64,000 bases of DNA from positions 64,001 to 128,000 of the forward strand of contig CBDCQT010000003.1 of the NCBI GenBank assembly GCA_965220745.1. Direction: 5' to 3'. This stretch comes from Alphaproteobacteria bacterium. GTDB lineage: Bacteria; Pseudomonadota; Alphaproteobacteria; UBA828. A model generated the notes under the pieces. The model was given only the letters and a program-made list of their open reading frames with translations. It did no database searches and was not told the DNA's origin. How positions within the stretch are numbered: the first letter of the stretch is position 1; every line of letters begins with the position of its first letter. The position numbers were made by a program, and so were the translations under genes. Positions 50,782-60,554 of the stretch are shown here, in pieces.

Positions 50782-51951
50782 TCAGGCGGCGTCGGCTTCC
50801 TCGCCCGAACCCGCGCCCGCGCCGTTCTCGGCCGAAGTGATGGCGCACTCGGACTCGCGCCACCAGAGCGCTTCCAGATCGTTGACATCGACGCCACGGT
50901 CCCAGATCCGCGCCTTGACCGGGCCGATGTCGGTATCGAGGGTCTGGTCCAGGTACTTGCCCTTGTAGATCGTCGCCCCGCTGGTGCAGGGCAGCGCGTT
51001 GATGCCGGACTCATCGACGGTGGCGCCTCGGGGTGCGAGCCTGATCCGCTCCGCCCGCACCGCGACGCAAGCGGGCGCGCCTCTTTCGGCCAGACCGGTG
51101 CCGCTCCAGGCGCCGCTGATGACGTGTCCGCCGATGCGCACGCTGGCCGTGCCGTTCTGCACGCTCTCGATGGTTCCTTCCAGCAGGTTCTCCACCCCCA
51201 TGAAGTCCGCGACGAAGCGGCTCGCAGGCCGGTCGAAGAGGTCGGTGGGCGGCCCTTCCTGCACGATGCGCCCGCGCCGCATCAGGATGATCCGGTCGCT
51301 CATGGTGAGCGCCTCTTCCTGACTGTGGGTGACGTATATGAAGGTGAGGCCGAGCTTCTCGTGGAGGTCGAGGAGCTCCACCTGCATGTCGACGCGGAGC
51401 TTCTCGTCGAGCGCGCCGAGCGGCTCGTCGAGCAGCAGGATCGCGGGCTGCGTCACCAGCGCGCGGGCCAGCGCCACCCGCTGGCGCTCGCCGCCGGAGA
51501 GCTGGTGGACGCGGCGGCCGTACTTGTCCAGCAGGCGGACCAGGGCGAGCGCGTCCTCCGCCCGCTTGCGGCGCTGGTCCCTGTCGATGCCGCGCACACG
51601 CAGCCCGTACTCGACGTTCTGCCCGACCGACATGTGGGGAAAGAGCGCGTAGTGCTGGAACACGGTTGTGCAGTTGCGCCTGGACGCGGGGATGGCCGAG
51701 ACGTCCTCGCCGTCGATGGCGATACGCGCGATCCGGGTCGGTCGCTCGAGTCCGGCGACGATTCTGAGCAGCGTTGTCTTGCCGGAGCCGCTTTCTCCCA
51801 GCAGGGTGAGGAACTCGCCCCGCCGCGCCGTGATCGACACGTCGTCGAGCGCAACCACGTCGCCGAAGCGGTGGGTCGCATGCTCCACATGCAGGATCTG
51901 ATCGCCATCGCCGACGGCGGCGCGCGGCGCGGTCACGTCACTGTTTGCCAT
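50782..51951 (-). CDS. Polyamine-type ABC ATP-binding protein (PotA-like)
   Basis: GESGSGKT, LSGGERQRVA, LLDEPLGALD. Confidence 0.9.
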   Translation of the reverse strand: MANSDVTAPRAAVGDGDQILHVEHATHRFGDVVALDDVSITARRGEFLTLLGESGSGKTTLLRIVAGLERPTRIARIAIDGEDVSAIPASRRNCTTVFQHYALFPHMSVGQNVEYGLRVRGIDRDQRRKRAEDALALVRLLDKYGRRVHQLSGGERQRVALARALVTQPAILLLDEPLGALDEKLRVDMQVELLDLHEKLGLTFIYVTHSQEEALTMSDRIILMRRGRIVQEGPPTDLFDRPASRFVADFMGVENLLEGTIESVQNGTASVRIGGHVISGAWSGTGLAERGAPACVAVRAERIRLAPRGATVDESGINALPCTSGATIYKGKYLDQTLDTDIGPVKARIWDRGVDVNDLEALWWRESECAITSAENGAGAGSGEEADAA

Positions 51952-52840
51952 CTTTGCCTCCTCCGAAGGCAAGCTTGATCGCGAGGAAGGTCAACCCGAT
52001 GCTCACGATCGTCACCAGCGTACTCATCGCATAGATCAGCGGCACGGTCGTGTTGTGTGCCCCCGATTGAATCCACAGATAGAGCGGCAGTGTGTCCTGT
52101 CCCGCACGCATGAAGATGCTGAAGGGCAGCTCGTTGAACGACAGCAGGAAGCCGAAGAAGCCAGCCGCGAAGATGCCAGGCTTCAGAATTGGCACCTCGA
52201 TCTGCCAGAAGCGCTGCCAGCGGCTCGCGCCGAGGTCTTCGGCGGCTTCCATCAGCCGCGTGTCGAAGCGCGAAGCCACCACCAGCATCGCCAGCAGTGC
52301 GAACGGGAAGGCCCAGACGAAATGGGCCAGAGCCAGCGACCACACACCCATCTTCACGTTGATCACCAGCCGGTACCACATGAAGAGCCCGACGCCGGCG
52401 ACGATGCCCGGCACCATCAGCGGCATGAGGAAGCCGATGAGCAGCGGCCCGCGCCGCTTCACCCGGGGCAGCACCGGCCCCACGATCAGTGCGCCGATCA
52501 CGCACGCCGCCGAGGTGGCGAAGGCAAGCCCGATCGAGAGCAGCAGCGGATCGCCGACCCGGAAGTTGCTGCCGTAGGCCTCGCCGTCGCGCTGCGCGAT
52601 GTCGGCGTAGATCACGTCCTCGTACCAGGTGAGCGTCCACTCGCCGGGAATTCCCGTGAGCGGCTCGCCGCTGATGGAGAGGATCATCAGCCAGACGATC
52701 GGCAGATAGAGGATGAAGAGCACCCCGTAGCCGAAGAAGAGGCCGGTGCCCCGCAGCAGGCCGTCCATGAAACGCCGCCAGAACGGCGGGCGCACCTGCG
52801 CATAGGTAATCGTTTCGGAGGCGTGCGCGGTCATCGTCAT
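51938..52840 (-). CDS. ABC permease (PotC-like)
   Basis: EAAEDLGAS EAA loop, FLLSFNE, TLPL. Confidence 0.88.
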   Translation of the reverse strand: MTMTAHASETITYAQVRPPFWRRFMDGLLRGTGLFFGYGVLFILYLPIVWLMILSISGEPLTGIPGEWTLTWYEDVIYADIAQRDGEAYGSNFRVGDPLLLSIGLAFATSAACVIGALIVGPVLPRVKRRGPLLIGFLMPLMVPGIVAGVGLFMWYRLVINVKMGVWSLALAHFVWAFPFALLAMLVVASRFDTRLMEAAEDLGASRWQRFWQIEVPILKPGIFAAGFFGFLLSFNELPFSIFMRAGQDTLPLYLWIQSGAHNTTVPLIYAMSTLVTIVSIGLTFLAIKLAFGGGKDGKQ

Positions 52841-53754
52841 CGGCGCAGGTTCGCGAAAACTTCGTTGAGCCCGCCCACCGGCTTGAGCGCAGCCCAGAGC
52901 AGGACCTGGAAGGCTAGCATGATGCCGAGCACAACCGCAGCGAGCGCGGCCGCGACCAGGAAGTTCGAGACTCCGATCAGACTCTGAACTTGCGCGCTCA
53001 ACATCAGCACGTTGTTGCCGCCCATGTGCTGCGCCACCACCGTGTCACCCAGCATCGGGATGAAGGTGAAGACGATGCCGGCGACGACGCCCGGCAGCGC
53101 GAGCGGGAAGATGACGTGCACGAGCGTCCTGAAGCGATTGGCGCCGAGGTCGTTGCTGGCTTCCAGGAAGTCGTTATCGATCAGGCTGATGGAGAGAAAG
53201 ATCGGCCACACCATGGTGGGGAAGAAGGCGCCGAGGAAGCCAAAATGCACGGCGAACTCGGAGAAGATCAGCCAGGTCACGGGCTCATCCACCGCGCCGG
53301 TCGCGAGCAGCGCCTGATTTACCACACCGTTGATGCCGAAGACCGAGCGCCAGACGATGACGCGCGCCGCCGGGCTCAGGAAGAACGGCACGGTGAGTGC
53401 GGTGAAGGTGAGGAGGCGCACCATGTTGTTCTTGCAGCCCTTTGCGAGCCAAAGCGCGAAGGGGAACGCGATCATGAGTTCGATGAACGTGATCGTCGCC
53501 GCGATGCGCACCGAACGCGCGAGCAGATCGCTGCCGCCGTAGGAGAAGAATCGCTCGTATTGCAGGAAGGTGGGATCGAGGTTGATCCTGATCCCGCGGC
53601 CCTGGAAGAACGAGACCAGGATGATGGCGAGCAGTGGGATGACGATGCCGCCGAACCAGACGACGGTGAAGCCCGAGAGCGACCAGACGCCTGCCGGCAA
53701 GCGCGGCAGCAGGCGGCGCATGACGTCGTCGTTGGCGGTGAGCGTGGCGGCCAT
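52837..53754 (-). CDS. ABC permease (PotB-like)
   Basis: EASNDLGAN, PLALPG, FIPMLGD. Confidence 0.88.
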   Translation of the reverse strand: MAATLTANDDVMRRLLPRLPAGVWSLSGFTVVWFGGIVIPLLAIILVSFFQGRGIRINLDPTFLQYERFFSYGGSDLLARSVRIAATITFIELMIAFPFALWLAKGCKNNMVRLLTFTALTVPFFLSPAARVIVWRSVFGINGVVNQALLATGAVDEPVTWLIFSEFAVHFGFLGAFFPTMVWPIFLSISLIDNDFLEASNDLGANRFRTLVHVIFPLALPGVVAGIVFTFIPMLGDTVVAQHMGGNNVLMLSAQVQSLIGVSNFLVAAALAAVVLGIMLAFQVLLWAALKPVGGLNEVFANLRR

Positions 53755-53771
53755 CCTAGCTAAGGCAAAAT

Positions 53772-53819
53772 GGGCGGGGCCCGCCCCGCCCTCTCGTGGA
53801 GCGGGACGGGCCCGGCCCG
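53772..53819 (-). terminator. GC-rich stem-loop after the substrate-binding gene
   Basis: Minus strand GGGCCCGTCCCGC...GCGGGGCGGGCCC followed by CGCCCATTTT. Confidence 0.45.
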
Positions 53820-53834
53820 AATGCGCGCCGAACG

Positions 53835-55040
53835 TTAGGCGTTGAGCACGCGGTCCATCTGCGCCTGCATTTCCTGCAGGTTCGACGGCACCGCGCTGAA
53901 CCAGAAGTCCTCCTTGGCGAACTTGAACTTGACCTTGGCCAAGGCCTCGTCGATCGCAACGCCCACCTCAGGCCCCATGCCGTTCTCTTCGGCGTACTGC
54001 GGGGCGAGGTCGGGCCGACCCGTGACGTAGCCGCGCAACGGCGTGATCCCGGCGGCGTAGCTGCCGCTCAGGATCCAATTGAGCGCCGTGTGAACCTGCT
54101 CGAGGTTGCCGCGGTCGTGGACCTGGGTCGGGATGTAACAGGCGTGCATCCACTTGGTGTAGAACTCCGTGGCGTTGGCATAGACCCAGTCGCCGCCGGC
54201 CTTGTTGGCCTCGCGCACCGCAGGCTCCCAGCAGCGGATGGCGTCGACCTCGCCGTTCTTCATGTCGGAGACCTGGTCGTCGAAGATCTTCCAGAAGTTG
54301 CGGAACTGTCCAGCCTGCTTGCGCTCGATCAGGAAGTCGGCAGTCGCCGCAGCCTCCTCCGGTGACGGATCGAGGAGGTCGCCGACCTCCAGCTGCCCCG
54401 TATTCTTGAGATAGGCGAGCGCCTCCCACAGGTAGATGTAGTTGTCGCCGGTGGAGGACCGGCCCAGGGTCTTCTCGCTCTCGTAGACCAGCGACCAGGA
54501 GGCTTCCTCCGGCGGGCGCGGCTCGTTCAGCTTCTCGGGCAGATAGCCGAAGCTGTCCGCGTTCATCGCCAGCGGAACGCCCCACACGTAGCCTCCTTCC
54601 GGCGCGAGGTCGCGCTGGAGATAGGGCATCTGCGTGATGCTCTCGGGAATGCCGCCCCAATTCGGGACTGCCGAGGTCTCGATCGGCTTGATCGCCTCGC
54701 CGTCGATCAAGTCCTGCTCGGCGCCCGTGAGCGCGGCGATGATGTCGAACCGGTCGCCGCCGTCGTTCACCAGAATTTCGGTCAGGAAGATGCCGGGATC
54801 GTCCTTGATCACGGTATCTTCCATCTTGAAGCCGGTTTCCCTCTCGAACGCGCTCCAGTCGCCGGGGATGAGGGTGGGGCCGGTGATCAGGAGCCGGATG
54901 GTGTTTTCGTCCTGGGCAATCGCCTTGCGAGTGAGCCCCTTGAGAATGGCGGGTGCGCCGACGATGGCCGTGCCCGCGGCAGCGCACTTGATGAAGTTGC
55001 GTCGTGAAAGGTGGAAGTAGAGGTGTTTGCTCGTCCGCAT
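53835..55040 (-). CDS. PotD-like substrate-binding protein with Tat signal
   Basis: SRRNFIK Tat motif, WGVP, MKNGEVDA; leads a potBCA-type operon. Confidence 0.85.
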   Translation of the reverse strand: MRTSKHLYFHLSRRNFIKCAAAGTAIVGAPAILKGLTRKAIAQDENTIRLLITGPTLIPGDWSAFERETGFKMEDTVIKDDPGIFLTEILVNDGGDRFDIIAALTGAEQDLIDGEAIKPIETSAVPNWGGIPESITQMPYLQRDLAPEGGYVWGVPLAMNADSFGYLPEKLNEPRPPEEASWSLVYESEKTLGRSSTGDNYIYLWEALAYLKNTGQLEVGDLLDPSPEEAAATADFLIERKQAGQFRNFWKIFDDQVSDMKNGEVDAIRCWEPAVREANKAGGDWVYANATEFYTKWMHACYIPTQVHDRGNLEQVHTALNWILSGSYAAGITPLRGYVTGRPDLAPQYAEENGMGPEVGVAIDEALAKVKFKFAKEDFWFSAVPSNLQEMQAQMDRVLNA

Positions 55041-55356
55041 GGCGAAGCCTCCCTGCATAGAATTGAGCGCATCCGCGGACCGCACGCCTTCGCCGACCGG
55101 CCGCAGCGCATCCGCAGGATGGCACCGGCAGGCGGGACGAGGCCCAGCGGGTGGAGTCATGATGACTGGTTTGGGCACGCCAAACAATCCCGTGCACCGG
55201 TTCGGGTCGGACGGAAAGGCAGGGCACCGAAGGCGAATCCGGCCCGTGGCGTGCGCCGGCGGTAGCCGACACGGTTCCTTCGCGTCTGCGTACTGTCCTG
55301 CGGTCACCAGGCTCGCCGCGACCGCCCCTTTATCGGACCGCTGAGCCGGATAACTC

Positions 55357-55369
55357 TTGGTCGGACCAA
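55357..55369. promoter_or_regulatory. Palindrome resembling a GntR/FadR-family operator
   Basis: TTGGTC-G-GACCAA (TGGT-N3-ACCA). Confidence 0.55.
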
Positions 55370-55985
55370 TCGACGCCTCAAGTGTCCGTGACAACACCCA
55401 AAATACCGTTGACAAGCCAATTCCCTGACCACAGGATTGCCCGTGGATCGGTCAATTCAAGAGCCACCAAGTGCCTCGGTACGGTGCTTGACAATAAATT
55501 GGGGAGGTTTGAGAGGCTGAATCGACATCCAATAGTCAGCGGCAACTCTTCGTCAACCGAACTGACTATGATGCTCGATATGCGCTCTTTCGCGAACATT
55601 GAGTCCTGGAACCGTGGCTCGAGGCGCTACGGGCGGCGTTGCTGAGGAGGAAGCCGAACAGGGTATGATGAGCGTTCTGTATCCTGCTGATTCGCAACGA
55701 AAAGGCGCCGGTTCGAACGAGCATGACGTGGCGTTCAGCGATTGTCGGCGATCCTGCGAGCTGCGTTTGTACGCCAATGTTCGGTACCTCAAAGTAGGCC
55801 GTCCATGGCTTCGGTGAAATGCATTCTATAGCCACGATGATGCAAAGATATTCTCAAAGGCTACAGAATAGAGAGGGAGTAAGGCTTGAATTTCTGAAGT
55901 CCAAAATTTTGAACCCCGTGTTGGAAGAACGCGGCCCTGTTTCAGGTTCGAATGGGCGTCTGTCTAGACGGGGACGGGTGTTTTG

Positions 55986-57101
55986 ATGACGACCGATACC
56001 CCGGATATTGTGGTCTTCGACCGCGTGCAGAAGAGCTACGACGGCGAGATCCTGGTCGTCAAAGACCTCAATCTAAGCATCAAGACCGGTGAGTTCCTGA
56101 CGATGTTGGGGCCCTCGGGATCCGGCAAGACAACTTGCTTGATGATGTTGGCCGGCTTTGAGCCGGCTACTCATGGAGAAATTTATTTGAACGACCGTCC
56201 GATCAATAAAGTTGCGCCGCATCGACGAAATATAGGCATGGTCTTCCAGGATTACGCGCTGTTTCCGCACATGACAGTCACGGAGAACCTGGCGTTTCCT
56301 CTGAAAGTTCGAAGGATTCCGAAATCGGAGATCGAGGCGAAAGTCAAGCGCGCGCTGGACATGGTTCGCCTGCCGGACTTCGGTGGTCGTCGGCCCGGTC
56401 AACTCTCGGGCGGCCAGCAGCAACGCGTGGCGGTGGCACGGGCATTGGTATTCGAGCCTGACTTGGTGCTTATGGATGAGCCTCTCGGCGCCCTGGACAA
56501 GAATCTGCGGGAGGAGATGCAGTACGAAATCAAGCATCTTCACGAAGAGCTCGGCGTCACGATCGTCTACGTCACGCACGATCAGTCCGAAGCATTGACC
56601 ATGTCCAATCGTATTGCGGTCTTTAACGATGGTGTAATTCAGCAATTAGCAAGTCCTAGCGCGCTGTACGAGCAACCGGAGAACGCCTTTGTTGCGCAGT
56701 TTATCGGAGAGAACAATCGTTTGTGCGGCAAGGTGAATTCCGTTGAAGGGAACCATTGTCAGGTGAATTTGGATGGTGGAGGCACCGTTCGAGCCCTCAA
56801 TGTGAAGGTCGAGGGTGCGGGCGCACGCACGACCCTTTCGCTCCGTCCTGAGCGCGTTATCGTCGCGTGCGAAGACGGGGAGGCGGATAACTCGATTGTC
56901 GGCCGCGTCGAGGAGTTGATCTATCTGGGAGATCATATCCGTGCGCGCCTGTCGGTCGCGGGAACTGAGGAGTTCGTTGTGAAGATTCCCAACACAGATC
57001 GGCATGCAGCGTTGCGGGAGGGAACGGACGTCAACCTGGGCTGGGCTGCAGAAGATTGCCGGGCGCTGGACGCTCCGGTTGACGCAGCAGAGCCTGGTTA
57101 G
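55986..57101 (+). CDS. potA: Polyamine ABC ATP-binding protein (PotA-like)
   Basis: GPSGSGKT, LSGGQQQRVA, MDEPLGALD. Confidence 0.85.
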   Translation: MTTDTPDIVVFDRVQKSYDGEILVVKDLNLSIKTGEFLTMLGPSGSGKTTCLMMLAGFEPATHGEIYLNDRPINKVAPHRRNIGMVFQDYALFPHMTVTENLAFPLKVRRIPKSEIEAKVKRALDMVRLPDFGGRRPGQLSGGQQQRVAVARALVFEPDLVLMDEPLGALDKNLREEMQYEIKHLHEELGVTIVYVTHDQSEALTMSNRIAVFNDGVIQQLASPSALYEQPENAFVAQFIGENNRLCGKVNSVEGNHCQVNLDGGGTVRALNVKVEGAGARTTLSLRPERVIVACEDGEADNSIVGRVEELIYLGDHIRARLSVAGTEEFVVKIPNTDRHAALREGTDVNLGWAAEDCRALDAPVDAAEPG

Positions 57102-57185
57102 AGCAGATCAAGACGTGTCGGTGTTGCCGATGCGAGGCTTGAGAACCCGCCGGTGTGTCCGGCAAACGAGAGGAGAGTAACCAAG

Positions 57186-58289
57186 ATGAGATGGCTATTG
57201 AGTACGACTGTCGTTGCCGCTGGCGTCGCGTTGGCGGCCGGCAGCGCCCAGGCACTCGACCTCACGATCGTGTCGTGGGGCGGCGCCTATACGGCGAGCC
57301 AGCAGAAGGCCTATCACGACCCCTACATGGCCGCGAACCCCGACATCAACATCATCAACGACGACAACGCCGCCGAAGGGCTGGCCAAGGTTCGGGCACA
57401 GGTGGAGTCGAACAACGTCACTTGGGACATCGTCGACATGGTCGCAGCCGATGCGATTACCGCGTGCGACGAAGGCCTGATCATGGAAATCGATCCCGAC
57501 ACGTGGCTGGCTCCCGCGCCGGACGGGACCCCTGCGTCGGAGGATTTCTTCGCCGGCACGCTGTCACCGGGCGGGACCAACTGCTTCATCCCGCAGATCG
57601 TCTACTCCACGACCTTCGGCTATCGCACCGATGTCTTCGAGGGTGATCAGCCGTCGACCATTGCCGACGTGTTCGATCTGGAGAAGTTCCCCGGCAAGCG
57701 CTCGCTGGAGAGGCGGCCCATCAACAATCTCGAATGGGCGCTGCTCGCCGATGGCGTGGCACCTGCAGATGTCTACGGCATGCTCAGCACGTCCGAGGGC
57801 GTGAGCCGTGCCTTGGCAAAGCTCGATACCATCAAGGATCAGGTGGTCTGGTGGACCAAGGGAGCCCAGCCGCCGCAGCTTCTGGCGGACGGCGAGGTCG
57901 TCATTGCCTCGGCCTACAACGGCCGCCTCTTCTCGGCCATCGCGGAGAAGAACCAGCCCATCGCCATGATGTGGGATCGGCAGATTTTCGATCTCGACGG
58001 CTGGGTCGTGCCGATGGGTGTCAAGGATCTCGATGCGGTGAAGGCGTATCTCCACTTTGCCACCGATACGCAGCGTCTGGCCGATCAGGCGAAGTTCATT
58101 TCCTACGGTCCGGCGCGCTACTCGTCGGCGCCGCTCGTGGGCAACCATGCCGATCTCGGCATCGACATGAAGCCCCACATGCCGACGGATCCAAACAACG
58201 CCGCGACTATTTTCGACTTCGACTACGTCTGGTGGGCTGATCACCGGGCAGAGCTCGACGAGGTGTTCAACACCTGGCTCGCGAAGTAG
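57186..58289 (+). CDS. Polyamine ABC substrate-binding protein
   Basis: Signal peptide, SWGGAY, WDIVD, FDLEKFPGKR, AYNGR. Confidence 0.9.
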   Translation: MRWLLSTTVVAAGVALAAGSAQALDLTIVSWGGAYTASQQKAYHDPYMAANPDINIINDDNAAEGLAKVRAQVESNNVTWDIVDMVAADAITACDEGLIMEIDPDTWLAPAPDGTPASEDFFAGTLSPGGTNCFIPQIVYSTTFGYRTDVFEGDQPSTIADVFDLEKFPGKRSLERRPINNLEWALLADGVAPADVYGMLSTSEGVSRALAKLDTIKDQVVWWTKGAQPPQLLADGEVVIASAYNGRLFSAIAEKNQPIAMMWDRQIFDLDGWVVPMGVKDLDAVKAYLHFATDTQRLADQAKFISYGPARYSSAPLVGNHADLGIDMKPHMPTDPNNAATIFDFDYVWWADHRAELDEVFNTWLAK

Positions 58290-58300
58290 CAGAGCTTAGG

Positions 58301-58335
58301 AGGGGCGGGGCGCATCGTTGCGTCCTGCCCCCTTT
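58301..58335 (+). terminator. Stem-loop after the substrate-binding gene
   Basis: AGGGGCGGGGCGCA-TCGT-TGCGTCCTGCCCCT-TT. Confidence 0.6.
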
Positions 58336-58372
58336 ACTTCAAGGCACCTGAGCGAGACGTAGGCCAGCGCGC

Positions 58373-59635
58373 ATGTCGACGGTCGCCGATAACACCCTGC
58401 GAACTGCCGATGGCGTGCCATTGAAGACGAGCCTGCGGCGGGCGATGGCTCGCAGGCGCATTCGCACATTCCTGTTGGTCGTCCCTATTCTGGCGTTCTT
58501 GATGATTACATTCGTTTTTCCCGTCATCGACATGTTGTTCAGAAGCGTCGACAATCAAATCGTTTCATCCGTTCTTCCCCGTACAACGTTAGCTATTCAA
58601 AGCTGGGATCCGGGGAGCGAGGAGTTGCCGCCGGAATTCGTGTACGAAGCCCTGGTGCTGGATATTCAGGAGTCATTCAAGGATAAGACACTGGGCCGTG
58701 CCGGACGGCGCTTGAATTACGAAAAGTCCGGAGTGATGAGCTTGTTCCGGAAATCGGGACGACGAGCCAAACGCATCACCGAGGCCCCCTTCAAGGACCA
58801 AGTCATAGCAATTGACCAACGCTGGGCAGACCTAGCGACCTGGCAACTGATTTATCAAGAATCGAGCAACGTAACCGAAAGCTACTTCTTGTCGGCTGTT
58901 GACCTTCGAGTTGACTACAAGGGCGAAATTTCCTGGAAGGCAGAAGAACGACGAATATACTTGTTCCTATTTTATCGCACGTTGTGGATGAGTGCGCTCA
59001 TCACGATATTCTGCTTGCTACTCGGTTATCCGATCGCCTTCCTCCTGGCGACGTTACCGCCGCGCCATAGCAATCTCTTGTTGATTCTCGTCTTGTTGCC
59101 ATTCTGGACCTCTCTGTTGGTCAGGACGACCGCGTGGATCGCGCTGCTGCAGTCCGAGGGCGTGTTGAACGACCTGATGGTCTTCCTGGGAATTATTTCC
59201 GAAGACGGTCGTTTGCAGATGATTCACAACAAGATCGGTACGTTCGTGGCGATGACGCATATTCTTTTGCCCTTCATGATTCTGCCCCTCTATTCCGTGA
59301 TGAAAACGATTCCCTCTTCGTATATGCGCGCTGCACGCTCACTGGGGGCATCGCCGTTCACTGGCTTTGTCAAGGTTTATATGCCCAATACTGTGCCGGG
59401 AATCGGCGCGGGCTGCATACTGGTCTTTATTCTTTCGATCGGCTATTACATCACGCCGGCGCTGGTCGGAGGACGAACCGGAACGTTCATCTCGAACATC
59501 ATCGCCCTTCACATCAGCGAGACTCTGAACTGGGGTCTGGCCGCAGCTCTAGGCGTGATTCTGTTGGCGCTCGTCCTGCTGCTTTACTTCCTCTATGACA
59601 GGATCGTGGGCGTGGCCAACATGAAGCTCGGATAA
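58373..59635 (+). CDS. Polyamine ABC permease (PotB-like)
   Basis: LLPFWTSLLVR, RAARSLGA, GYYITPALVGG. Confidence 0.9.
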   Translation: MSTVADNTLRTADGVPLKTSLRRAMARRRIRTFLLVVPILAFLMITFVFPVIDMLFRSVDNQIVSSVLPRTTLAIQSWDPGSEELPPEFVYEALVLDIQESFKDKTLGRAGRRLNYEKSGVMSLFRKSGRRAKRITEAPFKDQVIAIDQRWADLATWQLIYQESSNVTESYFLSAVDLRVDYKGEISWKAEERRIYLFLFYRTLWMSALITIFCLLLGYPIAFLLATLPPRHSNLLLILVLLPFWTSLLVRTTAWIALLQSEGVLNDLMVFLGIISEDGRLQMIHNKIGTFVAMTHILLPFMILPLYSVMKTIPSSYMRAARSLGASPFTGFVKVYMPNTVPGIGAGCILVFILSIGYYITPALVGGRTGTFISNIIALHISETLNWGLAAALGVILLALVLLLYFLYDRIVGVANMKLG

Positions 59636-59640
59636 CGCGT

Positions 59641-60489
59641 ATGCCGCCGCCTCTGCACGCAACGCGCTCGGAACGCGCTTGGTACTATACGTTCCGGACG
59701 CTGTGCGTGCTGATTTTCATTTTCTTGGTCGGCCCGATTTTCGTCATCATTCCGTTGAGCTTCAACGAGCTTCCTTATTTTACTTTCACGCCCGAAATGC
59801 TTGCCTTCGATCCGGCAGGCTACAGTACGAAGTGGTATCAGGAATTCTTTACCGAAGACTCTTGGCAAAGAGCGGTGCAAAATAGCTTCCTCATCGCGGT
59901 TTTTGCCACGCTGATATCCACATTCCTCGGCACCCTGGCGGCGCTCGGGCTCAGCAGGCCCGAAATGCCCTTCAGAAAGACGATCATGGCGCTGTTGATA
60001 TCGCCGATGATCGTGCCGCTCATCATCTCGGCCGCGGGCATGTATTTCTTTTATGCGCGGATCGGACTCGCCTCGACGCACATCGGCGTCATTCTAGCCC
60101 ATGCTGCGTTGGGCATCCCCTTCGTCATCATCACGGTGACGGCGACGTTGGTGGGCTTCGACCACTCGCTGACCCGCGCGGCTGCGAGCCTGGGGTCGAG
60201 CCCGACGCGCACCTTCTTCGTGGTGATCGTGCCCCTGATCTTGCCCGGGGTCATATCGGGCGCGCTGCTGGCGTTCATCACGTCCTTCGACGAGGTGGTG
60301 GTGGTGCTGTTCGTGGGCTCGGTGGAGCAGCGCACGATTCCCTGGAAGATGTTCTCAGGGATTCGCGAGGAGATCCGCCCGACCATCCTTGCCGTGGCGA
60401 CGCTCCTGGTGGTCGTGTCGATCATTTTGTTGACGATGGTGGAGCTATTGCGGCGCCGGAGCGAGCGGCTGCGCGGAATTCGCTCGTAA
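59641..60489 (+). CDS. Polyamine ABC permease (PotC-like)
   Basis: SPMIVP, RAAASLG, TSFDEVV. Confidence 0.9.
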   Translation: MPPPLHATRSERAWYYTFRTLCVLIFIFLVGPIFVIIPLSFNELPYFTFTPEMLAFDPAGYSTKWYQEFFTEDSWQRAVQNSFLIAVFATLISTFLGTLAALGLSRPEMPFRKTIMALLISPMIVPLIISAAGMYFFYARIGLASTHIGVILAHAALGIPFVIITVTATLVGFDHSLTRAAASLGSSPTRTFFVVIVPLILPGVISGALLAFITSFDEVVVVLFVGSVEQRTIPWKMFSGIREEIRPTILAVATLLVVVSIILLTMVELLRRRSERLRGIRS

Positions 60490-60515
60490 CGCCACATAGC
60501 GGTGCACCTGCGAAT

Positions 60516-60530
60516 GTTCTTGTAATGTTC
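60516..60530 (+). promoter_or_regulatory. Alphaproteobacterial LexA (SOS) box
   Basis: GTTC-TTGTAAT-GTTC (GTTC-N7-GTTC), ending 24 bp before the radical SAM ATG. Confidence 0.8.
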
Positions 60531-60554
60531 TTATCCGCCACCTATGCTGTGGCG

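Noticed and set aside
55378-55835. Short ORFs in the AT-richer intergenic region
   Set aside because: Overlapping on both strands, atypical codon usage and no recognisable domain.
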